From NCBI GenBank assembly GCA_030295235.1, contig AP026126.1, positions 682,001 to 746,000 of the forward strand: a stretch of DNA of 64,000 bases, given 5' to 3'. Origin of the DNA: Fistulifera solaris (Eukaryota). This document shows positions 1 through 12,669 of the stretch, piece after piece (positions within the stretch are counted from its first letter, which is position 1; every line of letters begins with the position of its first letter). The translations under genes were made by a program, and so were the position numbers. The notes beneath the pieces were generated by a model, which was given only the letters and a program-made list of their open reading frames with translations, had not been told where the DNA came from and made no database searches.

Positions 1-1161
1 TCCCACCCCGATCCACGATATCCTCCGCTACTTGAAATAGAAAAGTCGGCTTTTGACCACCACCGAAGCGCATCGGTAAACAAGTTTCCCAATTCACATT
101 CACCGGCTTTACAGCGTCGATAGTCTCCATCGCGACTGGCAGGCATAAAGGTAGCCTGGCCAACTACTGGATCATTCGCGGCTGCCTGGTTCGCTTGCTC
201 CCTTAAAGCGGCAATATTTGACGCGTACTCTTCATCTTTCAGAGTACCATTTAAGGTGTCCAAGCCATGTCCAATAAACTCGACACCGGTCACGCTTTTC
301 CCATCTGGGCTGAGCGTAAGTGTGTGATGATAGTATTCATCCGAATTGAGATCGACGCTCGTAACCCATACGCTATCAACTTTTTGAGGAATCTCGAAAG
401 CTGGGTCGTTTCCATCGACATCAATAAAAAAGCGCAGGGGGGTTTGTGTGGTTGGTGACGGCTGTCTTAAATACTTCGTATTTTTCAAAACTATCAGCGA
501 AAACAACAACAGGAATCCAACATCGGGTGTCACTATGGTCAGTTCGGTTCAAGAACGTATCGTAAATGCCGTAAATTTCACCAGAGCAACCGTTCTGAAC
601 ATTGATACGCGCAATATAATCAAGTACACCCAGAGTTGACTCGATTTGATTGAAAGTCATTGGCTGGCCATCATTGATATTGACGAGAACGGCCAAGCGA
701 GTTTCGTCGTCAAAAAAGACCGGTACTGTGTATCGCGACCAACTTATGCTGGGAGGTATTGCTACATTTGTGAGCAAGTAAGGAAAGTCTTCACTTTGCA
801 ACCCCGACAAGTCTCGCTGAGAAATGTCAAAGTCCCCATTGTGTTGTGTCAAAAGACTCGGAGGGGCCGTGAAGACACGAAAACCGAAAATGTCTTGAAA
901 GACTAATCGATTGACATTCCATACCAGTGGATGCATCTGCACAAAGGGACTGTCTCTATCCGCAAAAGGTAGAACGAGCGAGGGCTCCCCTTTTCCGTAG
1001 TATCGCAAGAAAGCCGTAACAGCAGCCACTCCGCCTAAGCAAGATTCGTCCTGTGCATCCGCACAATCCGTCAGCTCTCCGCTTAACAAAGGCGCCCCCG
1101 AAAGAACGAAATGTATCGTTTTGTTCACTATCGTTGCATTCATGTTGTCTTGTTCGCTCAT
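1..1161 (-). CDS. 5'-nucleotidase-like protein, 3'-partial (runs off the window)
   Basis: ORF 421..1296 has CLGGVAAV. After a frameshift near 425 the minus strand reads RRCKAGECELGNLFTDALRWWSKADFSISSSGGYRG, typical of the 5'-nucleotidase C-terminal domain. Start uncertain. Confidence 0.6.
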
Positions 1162-2091
1162 GGTGATGAGTATAAAAAGTTCGTTTTTGATGAGAATGTC
1201 TACATAAAGTAGAAAGCGAAACGAAAGCGTAAAGCGTAACACACCCTCGAATCTCCGATGCAGATACCACCGGGGGCCCGGGGGCAAAGAAAGCACGATA
1301 GGGGCGAGGATGGCCTTTTCAAGAATTCTTGGTCCTTTTTACTTTCTGCCTCGGACCTCGGCCGTCGGAGTTCGGAGTTACCAGGTATTTACAGACAGTT
1401 CGAGATGGCGCATGTCGCTCGTGCGATTGGGCATTGGGATTGGGATTGGGGTTCCTTTTGAAAACAAATAGATCGATACTAAATTATTTTGTTAAGGTTG
1501 AGTTCTCACCTTGAATATCCTTGAATATGAACGTTTAACCGCTCATTAACTGTGTCGACGCAAATGGATAATATACTAGGAATCAAGTTACGTTTCGCTT
1601 TTATTGTACTTGAAGACTGTTGAATTGTTGAATTTCAAGAGGACCACAATTATGACCCTTTATCTTAAATCCTTTATCGCTCGTAAACTTAGAGTATGAC
1701 TGCGCTGTAGTTACGGTTACCAAAGGAGTGGTTACGGAGTATGATTTTTAGATTGTAATCACATGTTACATGTGACAGGCTAAACTAGCTATGGAGGTTA
1801 GCAGTTAGAGAGGGATTAAAATCTCTGGTCAATTGGGATTATCAGATGCCTTTTACAAAGCTAGCAATGCAGCCTTCAACTGACAAAACTAGCTTGAAAG
1901 TCGCCTTATCCATGTGTTAAACACGGACTAGACCCGAAGGCAATTACGCGGATGAAGTTGACTTTGTTAAGGAAGGAAATGGCTGGATTTTTTAGTCGAC
2001 ACGAATTCGTCATGACCAACAAACTGTTTCTTTACAAAGCGCCAAGCGCACTGCCATCGTTTATTTAGTGTTGTCAACCAATCGTTTCAAA

Positions 2092-5000
2092 TTATGACGT
2101 CTTTGCACGCTTCGCGTTTTGAATCTTCTCCTTCTTACCATCAGAACGGTACTTGCGTTTCAGCCTAGCCTTCCTCACGGCTTCCAATCTGACTTCCTTT
2201 TGAGCATTCGACTTATCAACCTGAGTTTTTCGTTCCTCTTTCTTCGTTTTTCGAATCGCCTGCTTCGCTTTACGGATTGTGTTCAATGCTTGAATGAAAC
2301 TTTCCTTGCGTTTCTCATCGGCCTCCATTATGACCGCTCTTTTGGCTAGGTAGCCTTTCTTATTTCGCTGGCGCTCATCTTTAGGCTTGCTAGCATACGG
2401 TAAGGCTTCTTCGAGTTTTTTCGGCACAACGAGTTTTGTCTTGACTTGTTCAGGACGTTCGACAGGCTTATAAATTGAATCAGGATTCACTTCGATCGGA
2501 GTCTGAGTCTCAAGTTGTAACTGTATCGAGTGCAGCCAGTAAGTTTCGATATTCTTCTCCCGACGTCTTTCGTAGTCAAACTTACCTGTGTCTTCCCTTT
2601 CATGGACCTCCATCCGCTCAACCCGTTCTCCGATATATGGTTAGTGACTGGGTTATAGTAACGCTTGATATCTACCGGCATCCAAGTGCGACAGAAAACG
2701 ATGTCTGACATTAGAATCTTGTCTTCAAAAGTCGCACGAAAAGACCCTGGCTGGCCTTCCCGGAGCGCTTTTTTAATCGACCCTCGAATTCCGCTGACGG
2801 TTTTTATACTTGCGCCTTCAAATCGACTTACTTCCAGGTCGCTGTTAAACATCCCTGAAATAAATGCCGTGTTTTTGTATATTTTCGAAGGGGTACCTAC
2901 GAGCTTGAGCTTTTTCACGACAGGAAATGAAGCATTCAACTCCAAAACCACTCCGGTTGCCGCTATACGGAAGCCCGAAATATTGTCTGTCACCCTTTGA
3001 ATCGCCAGAATTCCTGTATTTGGTGGACATTGAGGACCATAGAACGTAGCAAAACAGTGCATATGCTCTGGCGTATACTTGACATGTCGCTGGCGCCCAT
3101 TAGTATCCTCAGTGGATCTGTTAATCACGGGTGAGAAGACTGCGTTTGTATGGCATTGTGTGGTATGCATCATACTTACAAAACTGGAATGCTCTGGAAA
3201 CGTCTCCAACCAATCGAAAATACGAGAGGGTCGTTGCTTCGAAGAATTTTCTTGTGCCATCTGTGCTTCTTAAACCGACATCTAGTAAGAGAGAGAGAGG
3301 TTTCCTGAGTTGTCAGTCCTCCTAAAACTAGAGGCATCTTTGGATCAAACCCGGTAACGAACCCCGACGGTATCCCTTCAATTTTCACTCTACAGTACAA
3401 TCCCTGACGGAAACCTTCATGGCGCAATCGTGACCGCTCTCCATCAATACCAAATTCTTCTTTATTCCTAGCTAGGCGAGCTTCCTTTTCCCTTTTCAAA
3501 GCCTCGATATATTCGTTTTCAGCAGACTCATCATTCATGTCACCACCATCTTGCTTTTTCTCGTTGTCATAGTCGTTGTCAAATTTACTTTTTTGTTCAG
3601 CCTTCTTTTTTGCATAATAATCACGAAGCTCTTCGTCCGTCAGACCTTCTAAAGGTAAATCATCAACTGAATCATTCGCATCTCGACTGGAAGAAGTGAA
3701 TTTTTCTCCACTTTCAAGATCTTCGAAGTCTCCGTACTCTTCTTCCTCTTCTTTTCCCCAATTTCCAGTCACAAATTTGTTGCGAATATTTTCAACTAAA
3801 CATCCATCGCTATCTTCCAACCAAGGAGTAACATTCAGAGGAGCTTCGACCATTCGACAAGAGTCTTCCTCGTCCAAGACTAACGCCTCTACGTGGTTGG
3901 ACCCAGAAAGAGAGTTTACTGCACGCGATCCAGTTAACTTTGGCTTGAAAAACTCATCGTCATCATCGGATGAACTTTCGTCCTCGTCTTCGAGCCCCAC
4001 GTGGTTCATGCTGGCTTTGTGCGATTGACCGTAGACAAGCTCTTGAAGATTTATCATTCCTGATTCTCGCTCCAAAAATGATTGCTTAGCCCGTTCCGCG
4101 ATACTGGACTTCCAGTGATTGACTCCCACAGATGTTGCTTCGCCTTCGCCTTCAATTACGTCTTCATCGTCGCTACTTTCTGTGCCTTCTTCCTCCGCTT
4201 CTTCGTCGACTTCGTTATCTGCTAACTCCTCGTCTTCTTCTTCGTCAGTGTTTTCATTGCCACTATCGCTTTCACTTTCTTCATCACTACCACTTTCAAT
4301 GTTTTTATCCGCATCACCCAGGGCATCTCCTCGACGAGGAGGCCGACGCTGATTTGTGTCATACTCCTCTGACTCCGAGTCGTCGTCATCGCCCTCCTCC
4401 TCACTATCAGAAGATGACTCGTCAACTACAATGGCTTTGCTGCCTTTGAAAATCCGAAAGGACGACTTCTTCATTTTTTCATCGACACTCGTTCTAACAT
4501 CTTGCAGATTCTTTAACATACCAGCAGGTGCATCTGAATCGTACTCCACTTCTTCTTCCTCTACCTCATCTTTTCGAAATCGCCATCTTCCTCTTTGCGT
4601 CTCGAAACTATCGCTAAATTTTCCTTTTTGGTATAGTTGGCTTGTCGAATGTCAATGTAAACAGCGTCCTTGTCGAAAGTGACAGCCCCTACATCCGAAA
4701 GCGGAGCAAACAGCAGTGCATCTTTCTTGCTAAGTGTCGTCCGATCACGCTCCTTGTCTGGTAGCGGACAAGGATCCGGCAAAACACTAATATCCGCCAT
4801 GTCGTAATCCCCGACTCCAATTAGATGAACTTTCATCTTCGGATTCAGATGCGTCCCACGAACAAATCCATAAAATACCATTGTTCGATCGCATTCTGGA
4901 TCATTTTCCACATCGTTAGGATTTGTTATATCTTCATGTCGATCAACAACAATGTACGGGTGGGTATTTTTCCATACAAGAGGTCGGAACTGCGGTATGA

Positions 5001-5795
5001 ATAAACGAGTCAGATGAGCGATTTCAAACCATTCTATCCAGCAGAAAAAACGCACCTTTGCTCGAGAAATAAAGAGAGTGAGCTGTTTCACTTCATGTTT
5101 CAAATATTTTCCGTTGATTACACCGGAAAAGTAAAGCATCTTTGCTCCATCGTAAATCTCGGTCCAGAAACGTTGCTTCAACAGCTTCTTTGTCTTTCTC
5201 AAATTCTTTGCCGTTTTGAACTGATCCAAATGCGTGAAAACTCCCATAACTTTCGGGAAACCATGCGTTTGCAAAATATTGAGAAATTCGAATGTCTCCA
5301 TTTCGAAGCCAAACTTAGCGTCGACGCACAAGAGAACGAGGTCGGCGATCTTGGCGCAATCGAGCATACCTGCCGTATCGTTCGGGCACTCGAGAAGGGT
5401 AATACGTTTCTTCTTCCCCGTAACCACAGTAATGGGTCCAGTGACGACAGTCAAGTTGTGATTGGTATACATTTTGACGAGCGAACGAATGAGTGTTGAC
5501 TTGCCGACGCCTGGCGGTCCCATGACAACTACCATGGTCGGAGGAGTCTCGTGTAACTCCGTAGCTCTGCGATCATGAAGCGGCACGTATTCTTTCTTTT
5601 GCGATCGATCAAGGTTTCTTTGAATATTTCGTTTGGTACGAACGACATTAGCAACGGAAAAGGCTCGGTGATTGTGGCGCTCGACTCGCGTGTTGTCCTT
5701 CTTTGCTTTTTTTGTCTTTTTTTCTTTTCCTTAGCTCCGACACCGGCTTTCCGGCCTTTGTGCGAGTGATGCTCAATTTTATCTCCTTTCTCCAT
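2092..5795 (-). CDS. BMS1: Ribosome biogenesis GTPase BMS1
   Basis: [17 protein letters not shown]-loop, [20 protein letters not shown], acidic middle region, [14 protein letters not shown] and [12 protein letters not shown]. Spread over several ORFs by introns and frameshifts. Confidence 0.95.
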
Positions 5796-6055
5796 GTTGA
5801 TAATGAGAATGGGACAATAGATTTAGCGCATTGCTAACTTGCGCATGTGATGAAGAAAAAGATGAAAGAAAAAAAGAACGAAACGCAGGATGCGATTTTT
5901 TGGATGGTGTCCTGTGCAGTGGACGGTTGAACGGTGGACAGACGCACAGTGACTTCATGTGTACATGTAAATGGAGCTCGCTTAGGTGAATCAATTAGTT
6001 TACCCATTTTAATTAAATCTAAGTGTGAACAATTTAAGGTGATTATTTGAAAAAG

Positions 6056-7060
6056 CTATTCGAAAGAGGAGCTTTTGCTTTGTACATAGCGGCCCAGCCT
6101 TTCATCAATTTCTTGCACTCGCTTCACGAGACCTGGATCAACCCCACCGGGTATGCCGCTGAATCCATCAAGAGCTTCGGTGGTCAACAATTTCATTTCA
6201 GACGCAAAGCTTAGCCCCCGTACCATCAACCCGGCATCCAAGACAGCCAAACATTCTACCAAATCATCATACCCCACCAACTGACCAAGCACTTGCGCCG
6301 CTTCTCCTAAATCCCCACTCAGTTCTTCCACGACTCTCGCCTGAATAATTCGGAGTACTTGTAGCAATCGCGAGCTTTCTTTGGTTATTCGTGGAGAATT
6401 TGCGATTCGTTCGCATTCGCCCTCTAAGTGCCGGAGAAACCCAGCTGTCAAATTTTCCTGCGACAAGATGCGATCCAACGAATCCTCACGTTCCCTTTCT
6501 GTCAAATTCTGATCCGAAATCGTTCGTATAATTTTTCCAAGAAGTTCTTTGTTGCTGTTATCCATTCCCACGGCTTCCTCGACAAAGCCTTCCGCGAAGG
6601 AAAAAATTACATCAATGGCTTCTGACACTTGTTCTCCCGCTGCTTCTCCTTGCTCGTGCACCGTCTTGGTCAAAATATCTTGCACTATCCCAACGCCACG
6701 TTCACCATCCGACATGATGTCCAGAACCAGCGGAATCTGCTTGGTCAAGTACGACGGAATGTGAGTCGGATCTTTCACTGACAGTATTTGATCCACAAGA
6801 AGACGAAAATCTCGTTTTCGATCTTCGAATTTGGAATCCTCAACTTCTTTGGGTAGATATTGATGTCCATCTTCACCGGAAGCGGGGCCGTATTTCGGAA
6901 GTGCCGCCCATCGAATCCGATCGTCATGAAGAGAGGTGCTACATCTCGCCGTCTCTCTGTGGAAAGGATGACTTGGTGAAAACCCTCGAACGCTTGGCTC
7001 CGCTATCCAAAGCATTATTGTTATTATTGTAGTTGTAATTTTATTCATTCTCGACCGCAT
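6056..7060 (-). CDS. Hypothetical, probably plastid-targeted helical protein
   Basis: Long intact ORF. Hydrophobic leader ending VRG-FSPS (signal peptide + Phe), then a Ser/Arg-rich transit-like segment. Confidence 0.65.
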   Translation of the reverse strand: MRSRMNKITTTIITIMLWIAEPSVRGFSPSHPFHRETARCSTSLHDDRIRWAALPKYGPASGEDGHQYLPKEVEDSKFEDRKRDFRLLVDQILSVKDPTHIPSYLTKQIPLVLDIMSDGERGVGIVQDILTKTVHEQGEAAGEQVSEAIDVIFSFAEGFVEEAVGMDNSNKELLGKIIRTISDQNLTEREREDSLDRILSQENLTAGFLRHLEGECERIANSPRITKESSRLLQVLRIIQARVVEELSGDLGEAAQVLGQLVGYDDLVECLAVLDAGLMVRGLSFASEMKLLTTEALDGFSGIPGGVDPGLVKRVQEIDERLGRYVQSKSSSFE

Positions 7061-7565
7061 CTTGATTGATGTCTCGCTTGCTTTCTTTGCGATAAGCAAC
7101 AAAATCCCGAAAATGGTGGATGGTGGGCCAGCGGATCGTCGTCCCCCGTTTGCCGAGACTAGAGATTTCAGTCATGAAACAGCATGCGATTTTTTCGTCC
7201 AGCTTCTCATTTGTGGCTGTAGTCCACGCTATCAACGGAAAGTGACTTCGACAAAAATTAGTATTAGAAAGTCTGTAGACTAATGACTTACCTCAGAAAA
7301 GTCTTCAATGAAAAGTACTTTGGACCCTGGACTCACGCGTAGGAATGTCGGAATGTCCCTCGTCCGCTTCCCTCATCTTTCCCACCGCACTTCAAACAGA
7401 AAACACGATGAGAAAGACCCCGAACATCAAAAAAAAGTCTTCAGTGAACCACTAGCATCAACCATTATAGTTCTAATAACCAAGGAAGAGAGACACACTA
7501 AGGTAAAACGAGTGTGTGTTCCATTACCACAAACAAATCACAAGAGAGCAAGTTGAGAAGAAGAA

Positions 7566-8462
7566 ATGAGCTCCGAATCGGGCGAATACTCCTCGTCTCG
7601 CATGAATTCACTTGACATTCTAGCTGCCACTTTCTTTGTTGTCGCTGGCGCTTGGCTTATCATCGCTCTAGTGTATTCCTACTTTGTGATTATATTTTTA
7701 AGACTTCGGGCACGAGGCGAGTTGAACTCGATCTACGAGGAAGATTTTGGTCGAGTTTACTTGTGTGGCAGCACTCGATTCTACATTTCATTTGGTGGCA
7801 TCTTCCGCCGATACATTCGCCATATACAACCAGAGCCTTCGCCTGGAGAGCAAGTGATTCAATCAGTCAAATTCATGACCCGAGCGGAACGGCGAGAAGC
7901 CATGGAAATATTATTGTACAATTCAGTGGATAAGGGGTCTTCGAGGGTCGAAAATAAGCTCGAAAAGGCGCTATCCCACGAAAAGGACCCTGAACTCGGC
8001 CAAGCGAGTTCCGCATCAGATGATTATCTAGATGCCAATCCAGATACTACTTCCTCGCAAGAACCAGTCTGCTCGATTTGTTTGGGAGAATACGAACCGG
8101 ATGACTATATACTGCGATCCAAAACATGTCCTCACGAATTTCACAAAGCGTGTGTCATGGATTGGCTTCAGCGCCAAATCAACACGGAATGCCCTTGTTG
8201 CCGCTCGCCAATGGTCGACGAGGAGGATGTTTGGGCTACGGTGAAAAAACAAAGAAAGTCGAAGAAGAAGAAGGTATCTCGACACGAAGTCATCTCCAAA
8301 GTCCTTCGGAAAAGGTCGGATCTCTCCGACAGTGGCCGAAATAATACCAGTGATGGAAACGATTCCAACAGTAGCTCCGAATCGACCGTACCCGAGTCAC
8401 TACCGCGACGTGACTTACGAATAGAGTCAAGCGATACCAGTCAGAATTTGCCTGAACCGTAA
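7566..8462 (+). CDS. Transmembrane RING-H2 E3 ubiquitin ligase
   Basis: N-terminal TM helix. CSICLGEY...CPHEFHKACVMDWL...CPCCR RING-H2 pattern. Confidence 0.9.
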   Translation: MSSESGEYSSSRMNSLDILAATFFVVAGAWLIIALVYSYFVIIFLRLRARGELNSIYEEDFGRVYLCGSTRFYISFGGIFRRYIRHIQPEPSPGEQVIQSVKFMTRAERREAMEILLYNSVDKGSSRVENKLEKALSHEKDPELGQASSASDDYLDANPDTTSSQEPVCSICLGEYEPDDYILRSKTCPHEFHKACVMDWLQRQINTECPCCRSPMVDEEDVWATVKKQRKSKKKKVSRHEVISKVLRKRSDLSDSGRNNTSDGNDSNSSSESTVPESLPRRDLRIESSDTSQNLPEP

Positions 8463-8636
8463 ACATTACTTGGTATGACAGATAGGACGTACCTGGTACC
8501 TCCGTATCAATTAATGACAGATAACCATTAACCTTAAATAATGAATAGTAGTAGTCAGTACGACCATAAAGCATTTTCTACACGACCAAGATTAGAGATA
8601 AAGCTATCCACCAAGGACTAGATAATTATTTAAAAT

Positions 8637-9645
8637 TTACTCTTCATCAGCAGCAAGTTCAGCCTTCTTCGCATCCTTCTTCGCTTGCACACGGGCCTTA
8701 CGTTCGTCGTGAGTGAGCTTGCTCTTGCGCTTGTAAGATTTGTCGGGAGTAAATTCCTTCTTTTCAGAAGGACTGGGATCCTCACGAATCTTTTCGTGCA
8801 CTCCCTCGTACAATTCTTCCAAACCATCACCAGCAATATCGTTTTCAAGGAACGACTTGAAGTGCGATTGGTACTTGGCATTATCTTCCTCCTCCAAGTA
8901 TTCCATGTACTCGGAAACGTGTCCACCAAAGATGCGTTCGCGGTGCATGTCGGCATCGTATTCCTTGGTGTCGCGGTCGTACCCGGGGAATCGCTTCTCG
9001 GAGTGTGGAATGTCCAAACCACCGTCGGCGGCGCCCTTCAAGGCACCGAAAATACGGCAACCCGTGCTGGTGGTGCGGCAACCAACATCCAAAAAAACAA
9101 CGGAAGGGCTTCTTGTCGTCATCGACTTCATCGACGTAGTACTTCTTATTGTCGTAGTCGGTGCTAACAATTTGTCCATCGACTTCGGTGTTGCCCTCGT
9201 AGACATCATCGAGTCCAAGTTTCTGCAAAACACGACGGGCGACCAAAAGACCTGTGCAGTAAGCGGCGGCGTAGTTTTTCAAACCAACGGAAAGACCGTA
9301 ACGGGCGAGTTCTTTGGAAGTGGCTTGTGCGAGGACGCGGTCACCATCAATGAGCGAATACACAATCTGGCAGATGACTTGCTGGTTGGTGAATCGGACG
9401 ACCAAACGGTACTTGGGCGACTGGTATTTGTTCTTATCCTGGCAAACAAGTCTCTTGCGCTGACGATAATCCGTTTTACCTTCACGGCGACGTCGAAACT
9501 TGACCTGGTATCGCGAAAAGTACGCTTTGGTTTTGGTGGCTTGAACAAACGGCTGTTGAAATGAAAATGAGATAATGTATCAGCAAATTGTGATTCTATT
9601 CGCAATTATCACGGATTATTTAACACTCGAATAAATGCTTACCAT
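8637..9645 (-). CDS. RPL5: 60S ribosomal protein L5 (uL18)
   Basis: ATG-only first coding exon (9645-9643, then GTAAGC), resuming at 9552 with PFVQATKTKAYFSRYQVK. GLKNYAAAYCTGLLVARR and GAADGGLDIPHSEKRFPG present. Confidence 0.97.
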
Positions 9646-9927
9646 GGTGAAAGAGTTGATGTTGAACGGTTAATTGTTTGTTTGCAACGACTTTTGTTTT
9701 CCAGAGGAGAGACCGTCGTTTCTTCATCCCTTATTTTAGTAGAGCGGTAAACGAGGATCGAATTTGATACACGAACTATTTTGAGTCCCACGTCGGCTCC
9801 CTTTGATGTTTTGATCCGTTGCGGATAAACAGGTCGACCCCAACATTTTGTGAAAGAATACCTGGTAGTTGATCGATCTTAAAAAGAAAACATTAAACTA
9901 ACTATTACATAAACAACAAATAAAACT

Positions 9928-10608
9928 ATGACAGAATCATTTCTCGAACGAGTCGCTAACGATATGCTCGAGGCATCCGAAAAGCTCGTAAATGGCGTCG
10001 AAGAAGGCCTGGCCATTCTGTTTTCAAGCGAGAGCCAAACCGCGGAGGAAACTCCACCACCGCAATCAGTAGCAGAAGAATGGGACGACGAAACCATGGC
10101 CGAGGAATTTGTGTTGCAATCATCATCACCCTTGAGCGGAATTGCCGAAAGTGTCATGGGAAATATTTTACAGGGACAGCAAACACCACAAACGTTTATG
10201 GAACACTTTCACGCGTTCCGGTACGCGATTACTTGGTCCGAACCCTTTGTCATAGGACTTATCGCGTTTCAAGCTATCATGTTGTTGTTGACTTTGTGGG
10301 TGTCACGCAAAAATCAAAGTTTGGCGCCGCGTGTCATTCTCATGTTACTGATCTTGGGATTGGTGCGCTTGGCAGAGCGATGGAATGAACTGGGCGCTCG
10401 GCACTGGCGCAGCTTTGCTACACAGAATTACTTTGATCGACACGGGATCTTTGTTTCAATTATGCTTTGTGCTCCTCTTCTGTTCGATAGCTTGATTATG
10501 ATGATTTTGTTTCTGCGAGAAGCATCGCAGCTTTTAGTAGAAGTGAAGGCGGCGCAAATCAAACGGAAGCAAAAGGCAGCCAAGAAGCAATCAAAGAAAG
10601 ATCAATGA
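9928..10608 (+). CDS. TMEM18: TMEM18-family membrane protein
   Basis: AITWSEP, AERWNELGARHWRSFATQNYFD motif, three TM helices and a basic C-terminus. Confidence 0.85.
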   Translation: MTESFLERVANDMLEASEKLVNGVEEGLAILFSSESQTAEETPPPQSVAEEWDDETMAEEFVLQSSSPLSGIAESVMGNILQGQQTPQTFMEHFHAFRYAITWSEPFVIGLIAFQAIMLLLTLWVSRKNQSLAPRVILMLLILGLVRLAERWNELGARHWRSFATQNYFDRHGIFVSIMLCAPLLFDSLIMMILFLREASQLLVEVKAAQIKRKQKAAKKQSKKDQ

Positions 10609-10948
10609 AGCACAATGGAAGTCGAATTCAGAGAGGAGTTAGAGTTGTAGACTCTAGCAATCGAGTTGGTTGAGTTCGGAATTCCAAAAGACTGCATGTA
10701 TCTTACCGGGACCCGCGTGCCCGACGGAAAATAACACATCACATCGGCGTCATCATCGTCGTCCTCGTTGTTGTTGCTACTCCGTACCATTCATTAGTAA
10801 AATATCATTCTTTCACAATTCCTTACAATGCTTTCTCATTCAATTTGTAAACATAGAGGATTTATTGTTCAGAGTGAAGAACTTTGAAAGCAAGAATCAA
10901 CGTAAGGTTGAATTGAAAAATAGCATTGTCACAGCAAACGCAAAACAA

Positions 10949-11766
10949 ATGTCCTCCAAAACGCTTTTGCTTCAACGCGTCAATCCATCTATACTCTATC
11001 GTTACCAAAGTCCACAGAAGAATCGACGATTCATCGAAATCTGGAAGACACCCTGTATTGTGAGTAAATTTGGCAAACCATCCGAAGTCCATTGCTCCAT
11101 ACTCGTCAACCCTGCCAATCCACAACTTTCCGGTGTGGCCCAATTTCCTTACTTTCCTCGGGGAGGACCCGTTCCGAAAACACCACCCCGCATTTCAGCC
11201 CATCATATTATGGGATACGTCTCCGAATGGGGTGGTATGGATGTGGGGAATGGCCTGTTGTTTCCGGTTTCGGTCATTGATGGATTGGTGCATTTGCACG
11301 GAGGATGGAAGCTGCAGGCCGAATGTAAATGGCTCTACATGAAACATGGGGGAGAGCCGTGTCCTGTGGGTTGGGCTGTGAGGACATCGGCTGGAAATGG
11401 GACGCTGGCCAAACATTACGATACAATCATTCATACTACGCCACCGTTTTATCAGTATCATGACGAACCCGAACGACGGTTGGGAGAGTGCTATCAATCC
11501 GCACTGGAAATGGCATTCACACAGCAAAGGGCATCTGCCGCGTGGCGATTCCATTACTCGGTGCTGGAGCACGTGGTTTTCCCGTGGAGGTGGCGGTGCG
11601 AGTCGCTGGGGAAAATGTATGGAACTGGTGCAACCAAAGAGACACATCCTTATCGAATCACGATGAACAGGTAGTGGCGATGGGTGTTTTAGAACATACC
11701 GTAGCTGAAGAGCTGATCAATGTTTTGTCTTTCATGGATTCCAAAGACGAGAACGGCCAATCATGA
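10949..11766 (+). CDS. Macro-domain (ADP-ribose binding/hydrolase-like) protein
   Basis: ILVNPANPQL, IDGLVHLHGG, IIHTTPP, then VAIPLLGAGARGFP after a frameshift near 11525. Confidence 0.75.
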
Positions 11767-12384
11767 AGCTCGTGAGGCATTGATCATATAGACGGCGAGA
11801 AATTTATCACTTTTTCTACTGGATTTGATGACGGGATAATTCTTTGAAGACGCAGTGGATTCTCTCCAAAATGCTCGATTTCGCTTGGGATATCTTTCTG
11901 CCCTGTTAAACGCAAATCTTCAATGCAAAGGCAGTACCATCGAAGCAACCGTAGAGTGGCAAAAGTAGGTCAATGCGGTCCTACAAACACCTTTTTGCTT
12001 GCAGTTGGGCATAGGGCAGAATTTATGGACAACAAAAGAGTTTAACCCACAACAATTACATCGCTATCATTGTTACCTCTGTCTACTACCAGTTGAGTAC
12101 GCGCCTCATCGTTTGCTTTAAATCCTTTGATAAGAAGTCATGGTGTTCCGAATGCACCGTAAGCCCCAAGGCGCAGGCGGCATGTCTCCACCACAGCATT
12201 CCAGTCATAAATCAGGGTTGTTCCGAGCTATCAAACTGATAGTAAAGCGCCGTTTGGTCTGCTGAAAGTGGTGAGCCATAATTGACTTAGTCACATAGCA
12301 TTTATCTATAGCAACCTTTGCAATACATGCCTCGATTGTTTCCGTCGGGATCATCTCTGGAAAACCGTTACTGTCTGTCGTGTA

Positions 12385-12568
12385 ATCTATACTCTCGAAG
12401 TGTAAGCGACCTTTCTCCACGACTGCATTCCTGTCACGAATGAAAACGATCATAGATCGCAGGGTCTAATTTCTTTCGTATGAACTATACTCTCAAAGTG
12501 TAGGCAACCTTTCTCCACGACTGCATTCCTGTCACGAATAAACGATCGAAGATCGCAGACTAATTTCT
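12385..12568 (+). repeat. Two tandem ~98-bp units, each holding a full copy of the dispersed palindromic repeat
   Basis: CTATACTCTC(G/A)AAGTGTA(A/G)GC(G/A)ACCTTTCTCCACGACTGCATTCCTGTCACGAAT at 12387 and 12485. Confidence 0.9.
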
Positions 12569-12669
12569 ACCAAAGGATACCAGATTACCCGGTATATTAC
12601 GACAATCGACTTTTATAAAGTCAATACTTGCGCAAGCCGTTTCAATGAACCATTTGCACTGTTAAAAAG

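Noticed and set aside
8740..9564. Long antisense ORFs (also 24113-24667, 31167-31658, 44648-45235)
   Set aside because: They are shadows of conserved genes on the opposite strand, with no recognisable motifs.
12385..12568. Repeat-spacer appearance suggestive of CRISPR (also 41706-41811)
   Set aside because: Only two units, no unique spacers, no cas genes, and a eukaryotic context.
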